Shown here piece by piece: positions 12,501 through 23,234 of a DNA stretch of 64,000 nucleotides. Made by a program: the position numbers and the translations under genes. Every line of letters begins with the position of its first letter. Positions within the stretch are counted from its first letter, which is position 1. The notes below the pieces were generated by a model. That model saw only the letters and a program-made list of their open reading frames with translations, did not search any database and was not told the DNA's origin. Origin of the DNA: Tetramitus jugosus (lineage: Eukaryota > Protista > Heterolobosea); NCBI GenBank assembly GCA_937625935.1, contig OW569344.1, positions 372,001 through 436,000 on the forward strand, read 5' to 3'.

Positions 12501-14125
12501 GGCTGCAATTTCATCACGCTTTGCAAACTTTAGAAACTTTTTGGTGCCATCGTGCTTGAATTCAACAAAGTTGGCACCTGGGTGAACGTCAGGACCATTC
12601 AGAATCAACTTTTGCAACTTTTTCTTGTTGTACTTGTTGACGCATTCGGGGAATGTGAGTACTTTGGCAACGAGTTCAGGCACAGCCACTTGCCACAGCT
12701 CTAGATTGGGATCTGGTGAAATGACAGTTCTGCCTGAAAAATCCACACGCTTACCACTGAGATTTCCTCTGAAACGACCGTATTTGCCCTTGAGACGCTG
12801 ACACAGAGAACGAATGGGTTTCACTGGCTTGCCAATATTGTTGCCCAGTCCTGGTTGTTCACTGTTGATGAACACGGCACACTCGTTGCTCAAGTAGTCC
12901 CACAGTTCCATCAGAGACTCCACTGGTTCACCCTTTTTGATACTTTGACGAATCATGGAATTGGTGTGAATGATTCTGCTCATGCAACTGGTTAAATCAT
13001 CCTCATTGGTGCCATTGTCACTGGCTACACTGGGTCGGATGCACAGTGGTGGCACGAGCATGTGAGTCAGAATGAGTTGTTCAGGTCGAGTCACCTGTGG
13101 ATCCATGTCCAACAATTCGACATCCACATCGGACACTCGCTTCAAAATCTTGAGCACCTTGAGAGGTGATAAATCTTCTTGTGCACGGTTCAAATACGGT
13201 TTGAGGTCCTTGTTGTATGATATGGCCTGATCAAACTCACTCATGAATTCATCAACGGCCTGTGCTGCATCCTTGTTCTTTGACTTGTACTTTTCATGAA
13301 CAATCTTGAGTGCTTGTACTTTGCGAATCGTTCCCTGGATGGATTGACAGTGAGGACACTGTGTCACCTTTTTGCACTTTTCACCAATTTGTTTGTACAG
13401 TGCCTTCTTTTGCAATGTTTCCAAGTGTGGCAATCGAAATCGTCTCAAATAGGATTGACAATCATTGTCCAATAGTAGGATGCGACCACAGGATTTGCAT
13501 ATGCGTTGCAACACTTCTACAATATTCTTCATGTAACCGACGTGAAACACTGGTAACTCTAGTTTGACATAACCAAAGTGACCAATGCAATCTTGCAAGG
13601 AGAGACCACACGTTTCACATGTGCCCTTTTTACTCGAAAGGCCCATTCTACCGTCGAGAACACCATGTGGATATGGTTTGGTGGGATCATTGTTGGATGA
13701 TGGTTGTTGTTGTTGTTGATGTGGTGATGGTGTGGGTGCATGTGTCTGTAAATCGTCGGTTGTTGTCGTGTTGGATGACATGTACAGTTCTCTGTTGAAA
13801 ATTTGAAGATGAGACATTCTTCTCATGGCTTCTTCTGTAGGCACGCCAAATTCAATGCCCACACTATTGTTTCAATAATTGGTGATGATTGTGTGTCACA
13901 AATGGTTATGATTCATATTGAACAAACGAATGAATGAATGAATGAATGATTGTTGTTGTATGATCATTTTTTTGTATGAGAAAGGATTGTCAAAGGTGTC
14001 AGCAGCACTTGTAAAATTACAAATGAGCAATGTTCAATTAGGAAGACTTACATTTTCTTGGGCACAATACCCTGTTTGACAACACGTTCATGCACCTTGT
14101 TCGTTACAGCAGACACTTCATTCAT
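9501..14125 (-). CDS. POLR3A: RNA polymerase III largest subunit
   Basis: Motifs [51 protein letters not shown] and SVLMLASFERTTDHLF; no CTD. Exon 1 is 14125-14052 (MNEVSAV...PKK), followed by GT-AG intron 14051-13864, joining to KKIVGIEFG. Confidence 0.96.
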
Positions 14126-14446
14126 GTTTGTGTTGATATAAGTTAATAATGAGAGTTATGAATTCAATTGTCGCCTGTTGTTGTTGTTGTTGCTGTCTAC
14201 TTTCACAAAAACGATGATTGATTGTCAACAAGTTGTTCTTCTTCTTCTTTTTCTGTTTGTGAAAATTTTTTTTGATTGTTGCTGGCGCAAAAAAAGAGAA
14301 AAACTCCGATTCAAAGAAAATGTTCAATTTTGTACGCGAACTCCATGATTGCAGCTGCAACGTGAATGCACTTTTTATGAAGAGTGACAATGTCAAGTAT
14401 ATGAGAAATGTGAGCTTTGATTCATATTTATTGTATGATCTTTACG

Positions 14447-15280
14447 CTAGTGTACATGCTGAAATTCTGTTTCAGTCAGTGGCTGTGTGGGTGGAGAAGG
14501 TGATGGAACAGGTGTTGTTGTTGTTGTTGACATGTGAGTCAAGGATGAAGTGGGTGGAGATGGAGATGGTTGTTGTAGATGAGTATGGCCAGTCGTGGTG
14601 CTGAGAGAGTGGTGGTGATGCATCATTTGAGGATGATGAAGTTGTTGTTGTGGTTGTGAATGGTGGTGGTGGTGGTGGTGGTGGTGGTGGTGATGTGGAT
14701 GATGAACATGTTGTGATGGTGGATGATGCTGGTGATGATGATGATGATGATGATGATGAGAAGAAGAAGCAGGAGCATTGGTACTAGAAGTAGCAGTAGC
14801 AGTAGTAGCAGTGGTGGTGGTAGAAGTGGTGTGATTGTTGTGAAACATGTTGTCTCTCGGGATGAAATCAATGAGAAAATCAAAGTGATCGTTGCGAACA
14901 ATGACACCAGTGAGATCACTGTGCTGCAATGTGCGTCTCTTTTGAAAATCAATCAATCCCTTTGATTTGACAGTCATTTCAATAATGAGCATTTGACAAG
15001 CCTTGACCAAGAGAGCAGGCACCTCATGTGATACCATGGTTGTCTCACGCAACTTTTCATCTGATTTGATAATCTTTTTGATTCGGGCAAGTGGTAGTTG
15101 TCCAATCGCAGTGTGACTGCTGCTAATGTTTGTTGTATGGATGTTGTTTGATGATGATGCATGATCATCAAGTACCGAACTACCAACACCAACACCACTA
15201 CCAGGAGTACTGCTGTAAGTGAACAACTCTAGCCACCGCTTGTGAATTTCATTTGACTCTTCATTCGATTCAAGATCCAT
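14447..15280 (-). CDS. NFYC: NF-YC/HAP5-like histone-fold transcription factor with a poly-His tail
   Basis: LPLARIKKIIK...LLVKACQMLIIEMT...KRRTLQHSDL...FDFLIDFIPRD matches the NF-YC histone fold. Start taken at MDLES (15280); an upstream ATG exists at 15343. Confidence 0.8.
   Translation of the reverse strand: MDLESNEESNEIHKRWLELFTYSSTPGSGVGVGSSVLDDHASSSNNIHTTNISSSHTAIGQLPLARIKKIIKSDEKLRETTMVSHEVPALLVKACQMLIIEMTVKSKGLIDFQKRRTLQHSDLTGVIVRNDHFDFLIDFIPRDNMFHNNHTTSTTTTATTATATSSTNAPASSSHHHHHHHHHQHHPPSQHVHHPHHHHHHHHHHHHSQPQQQLHHPQMMHHHHSLSTTTGHTHLQQPSPSPPTSSLTHMSTTTTTPVPSPSPPTQPLTETEFQHVH
14660..14760. repeat. (GGT)n/(GAT)n tracts encoding poly-His on the minus strand
   Basis: Direct triplet runs. 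Confidence 0.9.
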
Positions 15281-15917
15281 TTGGTAGTTTTTAATATGGT
15301 TTTTTTGTGTGATCACTGTGTTGGGAGCTTGGAACACCCGCATTCAATGAATGGATTCAACCAAGGACAATTGGATCAGGTGCGCTTATGGTAGGGTGAT
15401 CGCGCGCCTGCGTGTTTATCGCACAATATCAGTCGCGCTCTCGAGGAATTATCGAACACGTGCGACACTTGACAGTAGTATCCTGGTTGTTTTGGGCCGG
15501 GAGTTGACTCTTCATGGAGCCCAAGGGATGTATTCGTAATTAAGGCTCAATTTGGACATTCAGTCCCATCTTTGAAGACTAACATGCCAGATATCAGGGC
15601 TCATACATTCACACACAAAACAACAGCAACAACAACAATACTTTCAGCTCACTACAATTAATAATTGTTGCTTGAGTTTCTTGTTTTTACACTCTAGGGT
15701 TGCCATTGTTGTTTTCTCTGTACGCACACAAAAGACTAGCTCACATTCCTTTGACCAATTCCTTCCATTTTGATAACAACAGTTTCCCGCTGTCTAATAT
15801 TGTCATTTATTATCCACACGCACACTCTCGTACACAAGGTCTGCAAGAACACCAACGAGCTAGCTCACACTCCCTTCTCATCTGACTACCACCACCACAA
15901 CAACAACAACAACAACC

Positions 15918-18900
15918 ATGAGTACCAACAACAACAATAATAATAATAATACTTCTCTCAAGGCTATTGATCTTCGATTACTCAACTATTCATTCCCATT
16001 GTTGTTTGACCAACCAGAGACAAGAGCTCTCTTCAAGCTATATCTCACAAGAATCAAACGAGTCAACATTTTACTATTTGTGTTGCGTGCTGATGAATAC
16101 ATTTTGTTAAAGTCAAATGTCAATAGATACAAGGTGGCACTCGAGATTGTCAATACATTTATTGAACCACTCCCACAGGACATCACCGTCATGTCACAAC
16201 TCTCCATTGACAATCAGACTACGACTACTACTACTACTACTACGAGTAGCAGCAGCAACACCACCACTGGCAATTCCATGCTATTGGACATGCACTCCGA
16301 GTGGAAGACCCAATTCATGAGTGACTTTTCTCAGTGCAATGAAGAATCATGCCCAAAGAACCTGTTTGAAGAGTTGTATGAACAAAAAATGATTGAGCTG
16401 CAGTATGACTGCTTTCGACGATTTACAAAATCCGACATGTTTTTTCAATTCATGGAAAGGGCACTGAAGCAGAATGGTGTGGATGAATGCATTGCACGAT
16501 ACGTGTCAAAATCATCCCCCTCACTCTCTTCACTACCTTCTGCATCATCATTGTCATTGTCATCGTCGTCACTCCATTCCACTAGCCACACTCGAAGAGG
16601 AGTCTACAATTCATTCTACAATGACGAAGAAGAGGAGGAACAGGAGATTGATGAGGCATTCCAATTGTTGCAATTCAGTCATCGACAACAACATGAACAA
16701 CACTTGCCATCGTCTCAGCCAATGAACAGCAATGTAGAACAATTGGTGTCACAGAGTATTACCTCGACACTGGCATTGTGCTTTCACCGAGAGATTCTCA
16801 TGGAGCAAGAATATAAGAAACAGCAACAAGCAGTCAATGGTATCAAGACAATTTCTCTACCATGGCACCAATTTGGTGTATCATCCATTAAGCAAATCAA
16901 AGAACTGGTCAGAAAGTTGATTCATCCTCGATTCGGCATACCAAAGCATAAGTTCATCATTGGCACTAAAGATCGATTGCTGAGTGCATTCAGTAGAGCC
17001 AATACCACGAAGAAAATTGTCAAGAGATTAATGAACCGAAGACTAGTGTTCTCTGGTGAAGCACTCGTGACATACATGTGTCTACACTTTGGTATTGATA
17101 ACACGAACGCACATAATCGACTCAAGATGATTAAATTAGCCAACATGCTACTAGAGAAGAATATTATTGGTCCAGCAGATTCATTGAGTCAGATATTGCA
17201 GGGAAATTTGGCTGCTGCTGCCACTGCACAAGAGCTGCACGACTATTGCTTACGAACTAATTGTTCGCTGTTGAATAGTATGTCCGCTTCGGCATCATCG
17301 AGTCCTAATCATTCTGGAACAACAACATCATCTTCATCATCTTCTTCATTCAAGGACTCTGTCAAACACAATTACATGTTCATTTTCAAGAAGAAACTAA
17401 TTGTGATTGGTGGAGGAATGGGAGGTGCAGTGGCTGCGAGAGATCTCAGTGATCTGTTCGATGTGACTGTTATTGACAAGAAGTCAAAGTTGGAGTTTAT
17501 GTTTGGTATGTGTAGATTGGTTGGTGATGCGAGCAAGGTGTCAAACTATCAATTGGACATTAAGGAGACAATTACAAAGAAATCGCGATATGTTCAAGGG
17601 AGAGTTGCCCATGTTACGGATCAAGTCGTTGCGTACTATGATGTGAACGATTCGAGCAAGATAAGAATTGTTCCATTTGACTATTTGATTGTAGCGTCAG
17701 GTAGTAGCTATGCTAGACCATTCCCCATTCTTTCCACGGATCGGAACAATGCTACCATTATTTATCCATATTCTAGTCAATGCATTCTTGATCATTTACC
17801 AAGATTAAAGGAGGCAAAGAGTGTCGCTGTGATTGGTGGTGGACCTGTGGCAGTAGAGTTTGTGTCTGAAGTTTGTACTTACACTCCGAGTAGTGTACAA
17901 ATTACACTCATGTCTCAATGTGATCTTTTGTTGGAGAGATTGTGCTCTTCAGCTCATGAAGATACATTTAAGGAATTGTCCAAATTCCCTAATCTCAAAT
18001 TCTTGTTCAATCGTAGAGTAACGAGAGTAGCTGGCGATATGATTGAGTGTTGCTTTAATGGTGAACCAAGCAGTGATAGCAGCAGAGCAATGATTGAAAT
18101 CCAAGCTGATGTCATCTTTTGTTGTGTTGGAAACAAGCCAAACACAGAATGCTTCAATAGATTCATGTCTGATTCATTAACTGATAGAGGCTACATCAAG
18201 GTTCATACAAGCACGTTGCAAGTGTTACGTTCTGAAATGATGGCCACAAAGAAATCCTCTCTTATACCAGCATCAACAACGACATCGACGACTGAACTCG
18301 TACCTTCCACTTTCAATGACACACCTCGTTCGACCGCTACATCCTCATCCCTAAAAGAGAATTCATCCTTGGATACAAGAAGTTCACTATCAACAAAACA
18401 CTCGCTCGTACCTCCCTCTGCATTAGCATCTGATCTACTAAGCGATGAAGACACCTTGTCTGATTCATCATCATCTTCCTCCTCGTACGACGATGTTGAA
18501 GTTGCTGAGAATGTGAAAGCTCTATTCACATCTGAAGCAGGAGCGGCATTTGGAGTCATTGGTAGTCATTCGAACTCTACGGATGATGTGCTGTTGCAAA
18601 ATGAAGTGGTTCTAGAGACAAAAGAGCACTATGAGAACATCTATGCACTGGGTGATGTGGCTGATACAAAAGAAGAGAAAATGGCCTATGTTGCTCGGAA
18701 CCAAGGCTATGCACTCGTTCGGATCCTGGAACAAGTGGAATCCGGTGAACCTATCACTCCCTATACACCTCTGAAACACAAGACTCAAATGATATCCATT
18801 GGTCCAAACTCGGCCATTGCTATCAAGGGCAACAAAGTTGTTGCTCGAGGCTATGTGTGCTCCAAAATGAAGACTTATGTGGAGCACAACATTGTCAAAG

Positions 18901-18932
18901 ACATGAAAATGAACAGAAAGAGATTGAAATAA
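15918..18932 (+). CDS. RGS + DEP + AIFM2/FSP1-like FAD/NAD(P)H oxidoreductase fusion
   Basis: RGS-like (LFKLYL...ILLFV...EY; LQYDCFRRFTKSDMF); DEP-like (VFSGEALVTYM...LANMLLEKNII...FKDS.KHNYMF); oxidoreductase motifs IVIGGGMGG, FDYLIVASGS, VIGGGPVAVE, FCCVGNKPN and IYALGDVA. Confidence 0.82.
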   Translation: MSTNNNNNNNNTSLKAIDLRLLNYSFPLLFDQPETRALFKLYLTRIKRVNILLFVLRADEYILLKSNVNRYKVALEIVNTFIEPLPQDITVMSQLSIDNQTTTTTTTTTSSSSNTTTGNSMLLDMHSEWKTQFMSDFSQCNEESCPKNLFEELYEQKMIELQYDCFRRFTKSDMFFQFMERALKQNGVDECIARYVSKSSPSLSSLPSASSLSLSSSSLHSTSHTRRGVYNSFYNDEEEEEQEIDEAFQLLQFSHRQQHEQHLPSSQPMNSNVEQLVSQSITSTLALCFHREILMEQEYKKQQQAVNGIKTISLPWHQFGVSSIKQIKELVRKLIHPRFGIPKHKFIIGTKDRLLSAFSRANTTKKIVKRLMNRRLVFSGEALVTYMCLHFGIDNTNAHNRLKMIKLANMLLEKNIIGPADSLSQILQGNLAAAATAQELHDYCLRTNCSLLNSMSASASSSPNHSGTTTSSSSSSSFKDSVKHNYMFIFKKKLIVIGGGMGGAVAARDLSDLFDVTVIDKKSKLEFMFGMCRLVGDASKVSNYQLDIKETITKKSRYVQGRVAHVTDQVVAYYDVNDSSKIRIVPFDYLIVASGSSYARPFPILSTDRNNATIIYPYSSQCILDHLPRLKEAKSVAVIGGGPVAVEFVSEVCTYTPSSVQITLMSQCDLLLERLCSSAHEDTFKELSKFPNLKFLFNRRVTRVAGDMIECCFNGEPSSDSSRAMIEIQADVIFCCVGNKPNTECFNRFMSDSLTDRGYIKVHTSTLQVLRSEMMATKKSSLIPASTTTSTTELVPSTFNDTPRSTATSSSLKENSSLDTRSSLSTKHSLVPPSALASDLLSDEDTLSDSSSSSSSYDDVEVAENVKALFTSEAGAAFGVIGSHSNSTDDVLLQNEVVLETKEHYENIYALGDVADTKEEKMAYVARNQGYALVRILEQVESGEPITPYTPLKHKTQMISIGPNSAIAIKGNKVVARGYVCSKMKTYVEHNIVKDMKMNRKRLK

Positions 18933-19209
18933 AGGCAACACACACAATTTTTGAAGAACTAAATAATTAAATACATCACCACTAACTCACTCCCAGAGCC
19001 AGTGACAAAGAGTGATTCTACTACAGTGCCAGTACTCTCTCAACTGTCACATGTCATCCGTCAAAAAAATCCATTCGGTGTCATTAACAACAAGTGACAC
19101 CCGTATTGTTGGCCGAAAAAACCCACCCAAAAAAACCAAACCCCACCACAAAACAACACACTGTGTCACTCGTCTACTGAATTATAGTTTCATCATAGTC
19201 ATCATCATC

Positions 19210-21939
19210 ATGAGTGAACTCACAGAACAATTATTGTCATGGTGTCAATCCATTACTCAACCCTACGTCGAATCACCAGTCCATGATTTCAATAAGAGCT
19301 TTGTCGATGGAATTGCATTCTGTGCCATCATTCACAGTCAATGTCCAGAGTTGCTCTTGTCTGCATCTGGTGAAGAGCAAGAACAGCAACAAGAGGACAC
19401 AGAGATGATATCAGCAGCATTCGACATGATTCGCAACGACTTCAACAGAGAAGAGAGATTGGCATGGGCATTGGACTCTGCTGAATCGTTGGGCATCAAG
19501 AGAACCATGGACCCTGATGACATTGATGAAAATGATCCAAATGAACAATTGATCATTGCATTTGTCACATCACTGTATCAATACTTTAATCAATCTGTTG
19601 AACCATCATCATCATCATCTGTTGAAGAAGAAGCAGAATCAGTTGAACAACAACAACCAGCAACAACAACAACAGAAGAAGAAGAAGAACAACAACCAAC
19701 AACAACAGAGGATGCATCTGTCAATGAGAATACTACTACTACTACTACTACTAGCGATGAGAATACAAACGACACTAATGAAGAAGCAGTTGAACAATCA
19801 TCATCATCATCATCTTCTTCAACTGAAACTGAAACAGCAACTGAAGAAGTAGTTGTTGATCAAGAACAACAGCAACCACAACAAGAAGAAGAAACAGTTC
19901 AAGTAGCAGCAGCAGCAGAAGCAGTGGAGGAGAACAATGCAGATTTAGAAGAACAGTTGATGATTGAGAAACAACAAGAAGAGCAACAACAGGAGCAAGA
20001 TGTTGTGGAGCAGTTGCAAGAAGTGGAACAAGAACAACAGGAGCAGCCAGTAGAAACAGTTGTTGATACCGATCAGGAAGAACAACCACAACAACAAGCA
20101 ACGCAAGAACCAACAGAGCCAGTTGAACAACAACAAGAGCAGCAAGAAGAAGAACAAGTTACTGCTGCTGTTGAACAAGAGGTGTTGTTCAATGAGGATG
20201 AGACTATTGTTGAACAAGTTCAAGAAGAGCAAGTTGCTGTTGAACAACAACAACCACAACAACAAGAACAAGAAGAAGAAGTAGAGCCACAACAAGTTCA
20301 AGAGTCTGCTTCTGCTGAAGAACAACAAGAAGTTGTTGTAGAAGCAGTAGAAGAGGCAGTGGAAGCAATTGTTGAAAAGACTCAACACGAATCAAAGAAC
20401 TTTTTCAACAAGTTGACAAAGCTCAGTCAAAAACAATCCTCTTCACCAGTCAAAGAAGAAGAAGAAGAGCAGCCTCAACAACAACAACAACAACAACAAG
20501 AAGAAGAAGAAGAACAACCTCAGGAGGAAGAACAAGAGTCATTGTCCACACCTTCTTATAATCATCATTTGTTGTCTGAAGAAGAACTTGATGATCGATT
20601 GTCTTCTCTGTTGTCCTCCTCATCCTCTGCTTCCTCTTCTCAGCCATCATCCTATTCACCATCTTCCCTTCAGGCAGATGACAAGAACAGCAGCAGCAGT
20701 GATGGTAGTGGTGTCGATCGATTGAATCGCATCAATATTGATGACATTTCAGATGCTGGTAATGATCAAACATCGAGTACCAACAGTAGACAAAACAAGG
20801 AACTGGAGAGATTGATTGAAGAAGTGTATGATCGAATGGAAGACTTGAACAGAGAGTTGCAAGTCGAAGAAGCCAATGCCAATCGCTACAAGAATCAACA
20901 CCACAGAGCACTGAGTGACCTGCATCACTTCAAGTCCGAAAACAGTCTCCGCATGTCTCAATTGGAAGACCTGGAACAACAGAGATCACTACAGCGTCAA
21001 CTCTACCAGGAGAGAATCAACTCTTTGACCAGTCAATTGAACCCATTGGAACAACAGTTGAAACAGTTGAAGGATCAGTATCAGAGCGACTCTTCGGAGA
21101 GAAAATTGTTGGAAAAGTCTGAGAAGCAACTCATGAGAGAGTTGAGCGAGTTGGACAGACAGTTGAACAGGGAGTTGGATGAGAAGAATTTGCAATCTCA
21201 GGAGAAGATGAGACTGGACAGTGAACAGAGTCAGTTGCAACTGAGAATGGATCAGGCACAGCAGTTGGTGCAGAATCAGGAGAGTCAAAAGCAGCAACTC
21301 GAGTTGGAGATTGAAGGCATGAGAGCCTTCTTGGAAGTGGAGAAGAAGGGACGTGTTCAACTCGAGAAGCAAGTCGAGTTGATCCAATCCGAGAGAGACG
21401 AATTGAAGCATCAAGTGAGAGAACAGCAGGAGGAGAGTGCTCGATTGGCTCGCGAGAATCAAAAGCTGCAACTCGAGTTTGAACGATTGAGGAAGCGAGT
21501 GGAGCAAGAGTCGATTGACAGACAGCAGACTGACTTGAGAATTCAACAGTTGAAGGACAAGGCATCACAGCTCAAGTATCAATTGGACAAGGAACAAGCA
21601 GTGACATTGTCTATTGAGAATGACAAGAAAGACCTGGAGAGACACTTGGAGAGTGCATCCAGCAGATACGACGAACTCATGACCGATTTGGCCAGAGTGA
21701 GAAGACTGGAGAGAAAGACAGACAGAGACGTGAGCACCATCAAGGCAAAGTTGGACGTTGAAGAACGATGCAGACTCGCTCTGGAAACAGAGTTGCAACT
21801 GTTGCAAGACAGTGAAAGAAGCTGGAAGAACAAGTACAGCATTATTGAGCTGCAAGTAGATAAGACGAAGCAGGAGAAGGATGACTTGAACAGAAAGATT
21901 AGAGAATCATCATTCAAGCTGAGCTTCCGATCTCTTTAA
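19210..21939 (+). CDS. Calponin-homology (type 2) protein with a Glu/Gln-rich linker and long coiled coil
   Basis: LLSWCQ...VHDFNKSFVDGIAFCAIIH...AESLGI...PNEQLIIAFVTSLYQYF is a CH2 domain; C-terminal heptad repeats. ATG 19210. Confidence 0.85.
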   Translation: MSELTEQLLSWCQSITQPYVESPVHDFNKSFVDGIAFCAIIHSQCPELLLSASGEEQEQQQEDTEMISAAFDMIRNDFNREERLAWALDSAESLGIKRTMDPDDIDENDPNEQLIIAFVTSLYQYFNQSVEPSSSSSVEEEAESVEQQQPATTTTEEEEEQQPTTTEDASVNENTTTTTTTSDENTNDTNEEAVEQSSSSSSSSTETETATEEVVVDQEQQQPQQEEETVQVAAAAEAVEENNADLEEQLMIEKQQEEQQQEQDVVEQLQEVEQEQQEQPVETVVDTDQEEQPQQQATQEPTEPVEQQQEQQEEEQVTAAVEQEVLFNEDETIVEQVQEEQVAVEQQQPQQQEQEEEVEPQQVQESASAEEQQEVVVEAVEEAVEAIVEKTQHESKNFFNKLTKLSQKQSSSPVKEEEEEQPQQQQQQQQEEEEEQPQEEEQESLSTPSYNHHLLSEEELDDRLSSLLSSSSSASSSQPSSYSPSSLQADDKNSSSSDGSGVDRLNRINIDDISDAGNDQTSSTNSRQNKELERLIEEVYDRMEDLNRELQVEEANANRYKNQHHRALSDLHHFKSENSLRMSQLEDLEQQRSLQRQLYQERINSLTSQLNPLEQQLKQLKDQYQSDSSERKLLEKSEKQLMRELSELDRQLNRELDEKNLQSQEKMRLDSEQSQLQLRMDQAQQLVQNQESQKQQLELEIEGMRAFLEVEKKGRVQLEKQVELIQSERDELKHQVREQQEESARLARENQKLQLEFERLRKRVEQESIDRQQTDLRIQQLKDKASQLKYQLDKEQAVTLSIENDKKDLERHLESASSRYDELMTDLARVRRLERKTDRDVSTIKAKLDVEERCRLALETELQLLQDSERSWKNKYSIIELQVDKTKQEKDDLNRKIRESSFKLSFRSL

Positions 21940-22040
21940 TTCATTGTTCGTTTGCATTGCATGAAAGCAGCAAGTATTGTATTTCAGTGACCATGGTGGT
22001 AAACACTTTCAATAAAATAAATAGTTTGTACAATTAACAT

Positions 22041-23060
22041 CTACAGGATATTATTTGATGAGTTGTTCGGTGTTGAACTCTCCCACTTGGCGCAATTGTT
22101 GTTGTTCTGCGCAGGATCTGAACACTCAAACTCAAGATGCACTGGACACGTTTGCATAACTCGATGACACAACTCACCGCAAGCTGGTAGGTGCTTGACA
22201 GTGTCAACTGTGGGTAAATTGGAAAGAGTTGAATCGACAACTGCTGGGTTGAGTGGTGATGCATCAGTCAAGGATGACGACAATACAACTCTCGCTAATG
22301 GAAACATGGTACCACATGACCAACCAGCATAAGAATCTGTGCAGTTCAGACATGTGTAATATGGATAAAAATCTCTGCAATTGTATCCACTCAGATACCG
22401 AGACACATTCTGGTTCATCTCTCGCACAATATCATCCATGCCTTGAAAATCAACAACAACTGTCGTATTGCCAACCATACCACCATAGTTATTGTCTGTA
22501 TTGCTTCGATTGTTTGACGCATAGTGCATGACAACATCTGGATCACTCAAATAGAATCGATGACCCGTTGGCACAACAATAGCTAGAGTTTCATTGATGA
22601 CACCTGTGGATGCATTGATGGCAGTGTCCACAGTGATGACAATTCTCGAAATTTCAAACACAGAGGCCAATACTGAATTCATGGAATCATGTGTTGCTTC
22701 CTTTGTCGTTGCTGCAGTGTCATTGCGATAGTGGTGAGAAGAGCTGAAGCAGAATGATGATTCGGGATCGGGATGCACACCACTCTTGCCAGACAGTGGA
22801 GTCACAATCCAAACACCGGTACCCACAATCCATTCTTTTGTACTCGAATTTGTTGTCGTTGCAGTTGGTACTTGTTTGTTGTGATCAGACCAATCTGCGC
22901 CTTGTGGTTGTTGTTGTTGTGTGCTTATCTCTGTCGTGGAACCATCCATCTGGATCACAAAACAAAGAAGAACAGACATGATCCATAGGATCACCACGGA
23001 CCGTAACCCATTGTGTTTAGAATACTGTGGTGTTTGGTGCATCACATTCACAAATGACAT
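22041..23060 (-). CDS. Secreted or membrane protein with a Mid1/NALF(FAM155)-like cysteine-rich domain
   Basis: Hydrophobic N-terminal segment (VVILWIMSVLLCFVI), many N-x-S/T sites, and C-terminal YNC..FY...TCLNCTDSYAGWSCGTMFP...LPACGELCHRVMQTCPVHLEFEC. Start is 23060 or 23042. Confidence 0.7.
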   Translation of the reverse strand: MSFVNVMHQTPQYSKHNGLRSVVILWIMSVLLCFVIQMDGSTTEISTQQQQPQGADWSDHNKQVPTATTTNSSTKEWIVGTGVWIVTPLSGKSGVHPDPESSFCFSSSHHYRNDTAATTKEATHDSMNSVLASVFEISRIVITVDTAINASTGVINETLAIVVPTGHRFYLSDPDVVMHYASNNRSNTDNNYGGMVGNTTVVVDFQGMDDIVREMNQNVSRYLSGYNCRDFYPYYTCLNCTDSYAGWSCGTMFPLARVVLSSSLTDASPLNPAVVDSTLSNLPTVDTVKHLPACGELCHRVMQTCPVHLEFECSDPAQNNNNCAKWESSTPNNSSNNIL

Positions 23061-23234
23061 GGACCACAAAAGATTGCAAAGGACTTGTTGCTTGCCACGT
23101 TTTTTGTTCAAACTTTTTTTTATTGAGAGAATCTTTTCCACACAGGGGTGAATCAAAGAATGAAAGTGACAGGGACAAACATGGAAACAAAACCATGGGT
23201 TGTCCCCCCCAGTGCGTACGACTTGCGCTCCATC

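Noticed and set aside
15470-15490. GTAGTATC as the U2 snRNA branch-recognition sequence
   Set aside because: The flanking U2 5' stem (GGCTAAGATCAA) and an Sm site are absent.
19338-21917. Many antisense Leu/Val-rich ORFs opposite the CH/coiled-coil gene
   Set aside because: They are mirror images of CAA/GAA codon runs.
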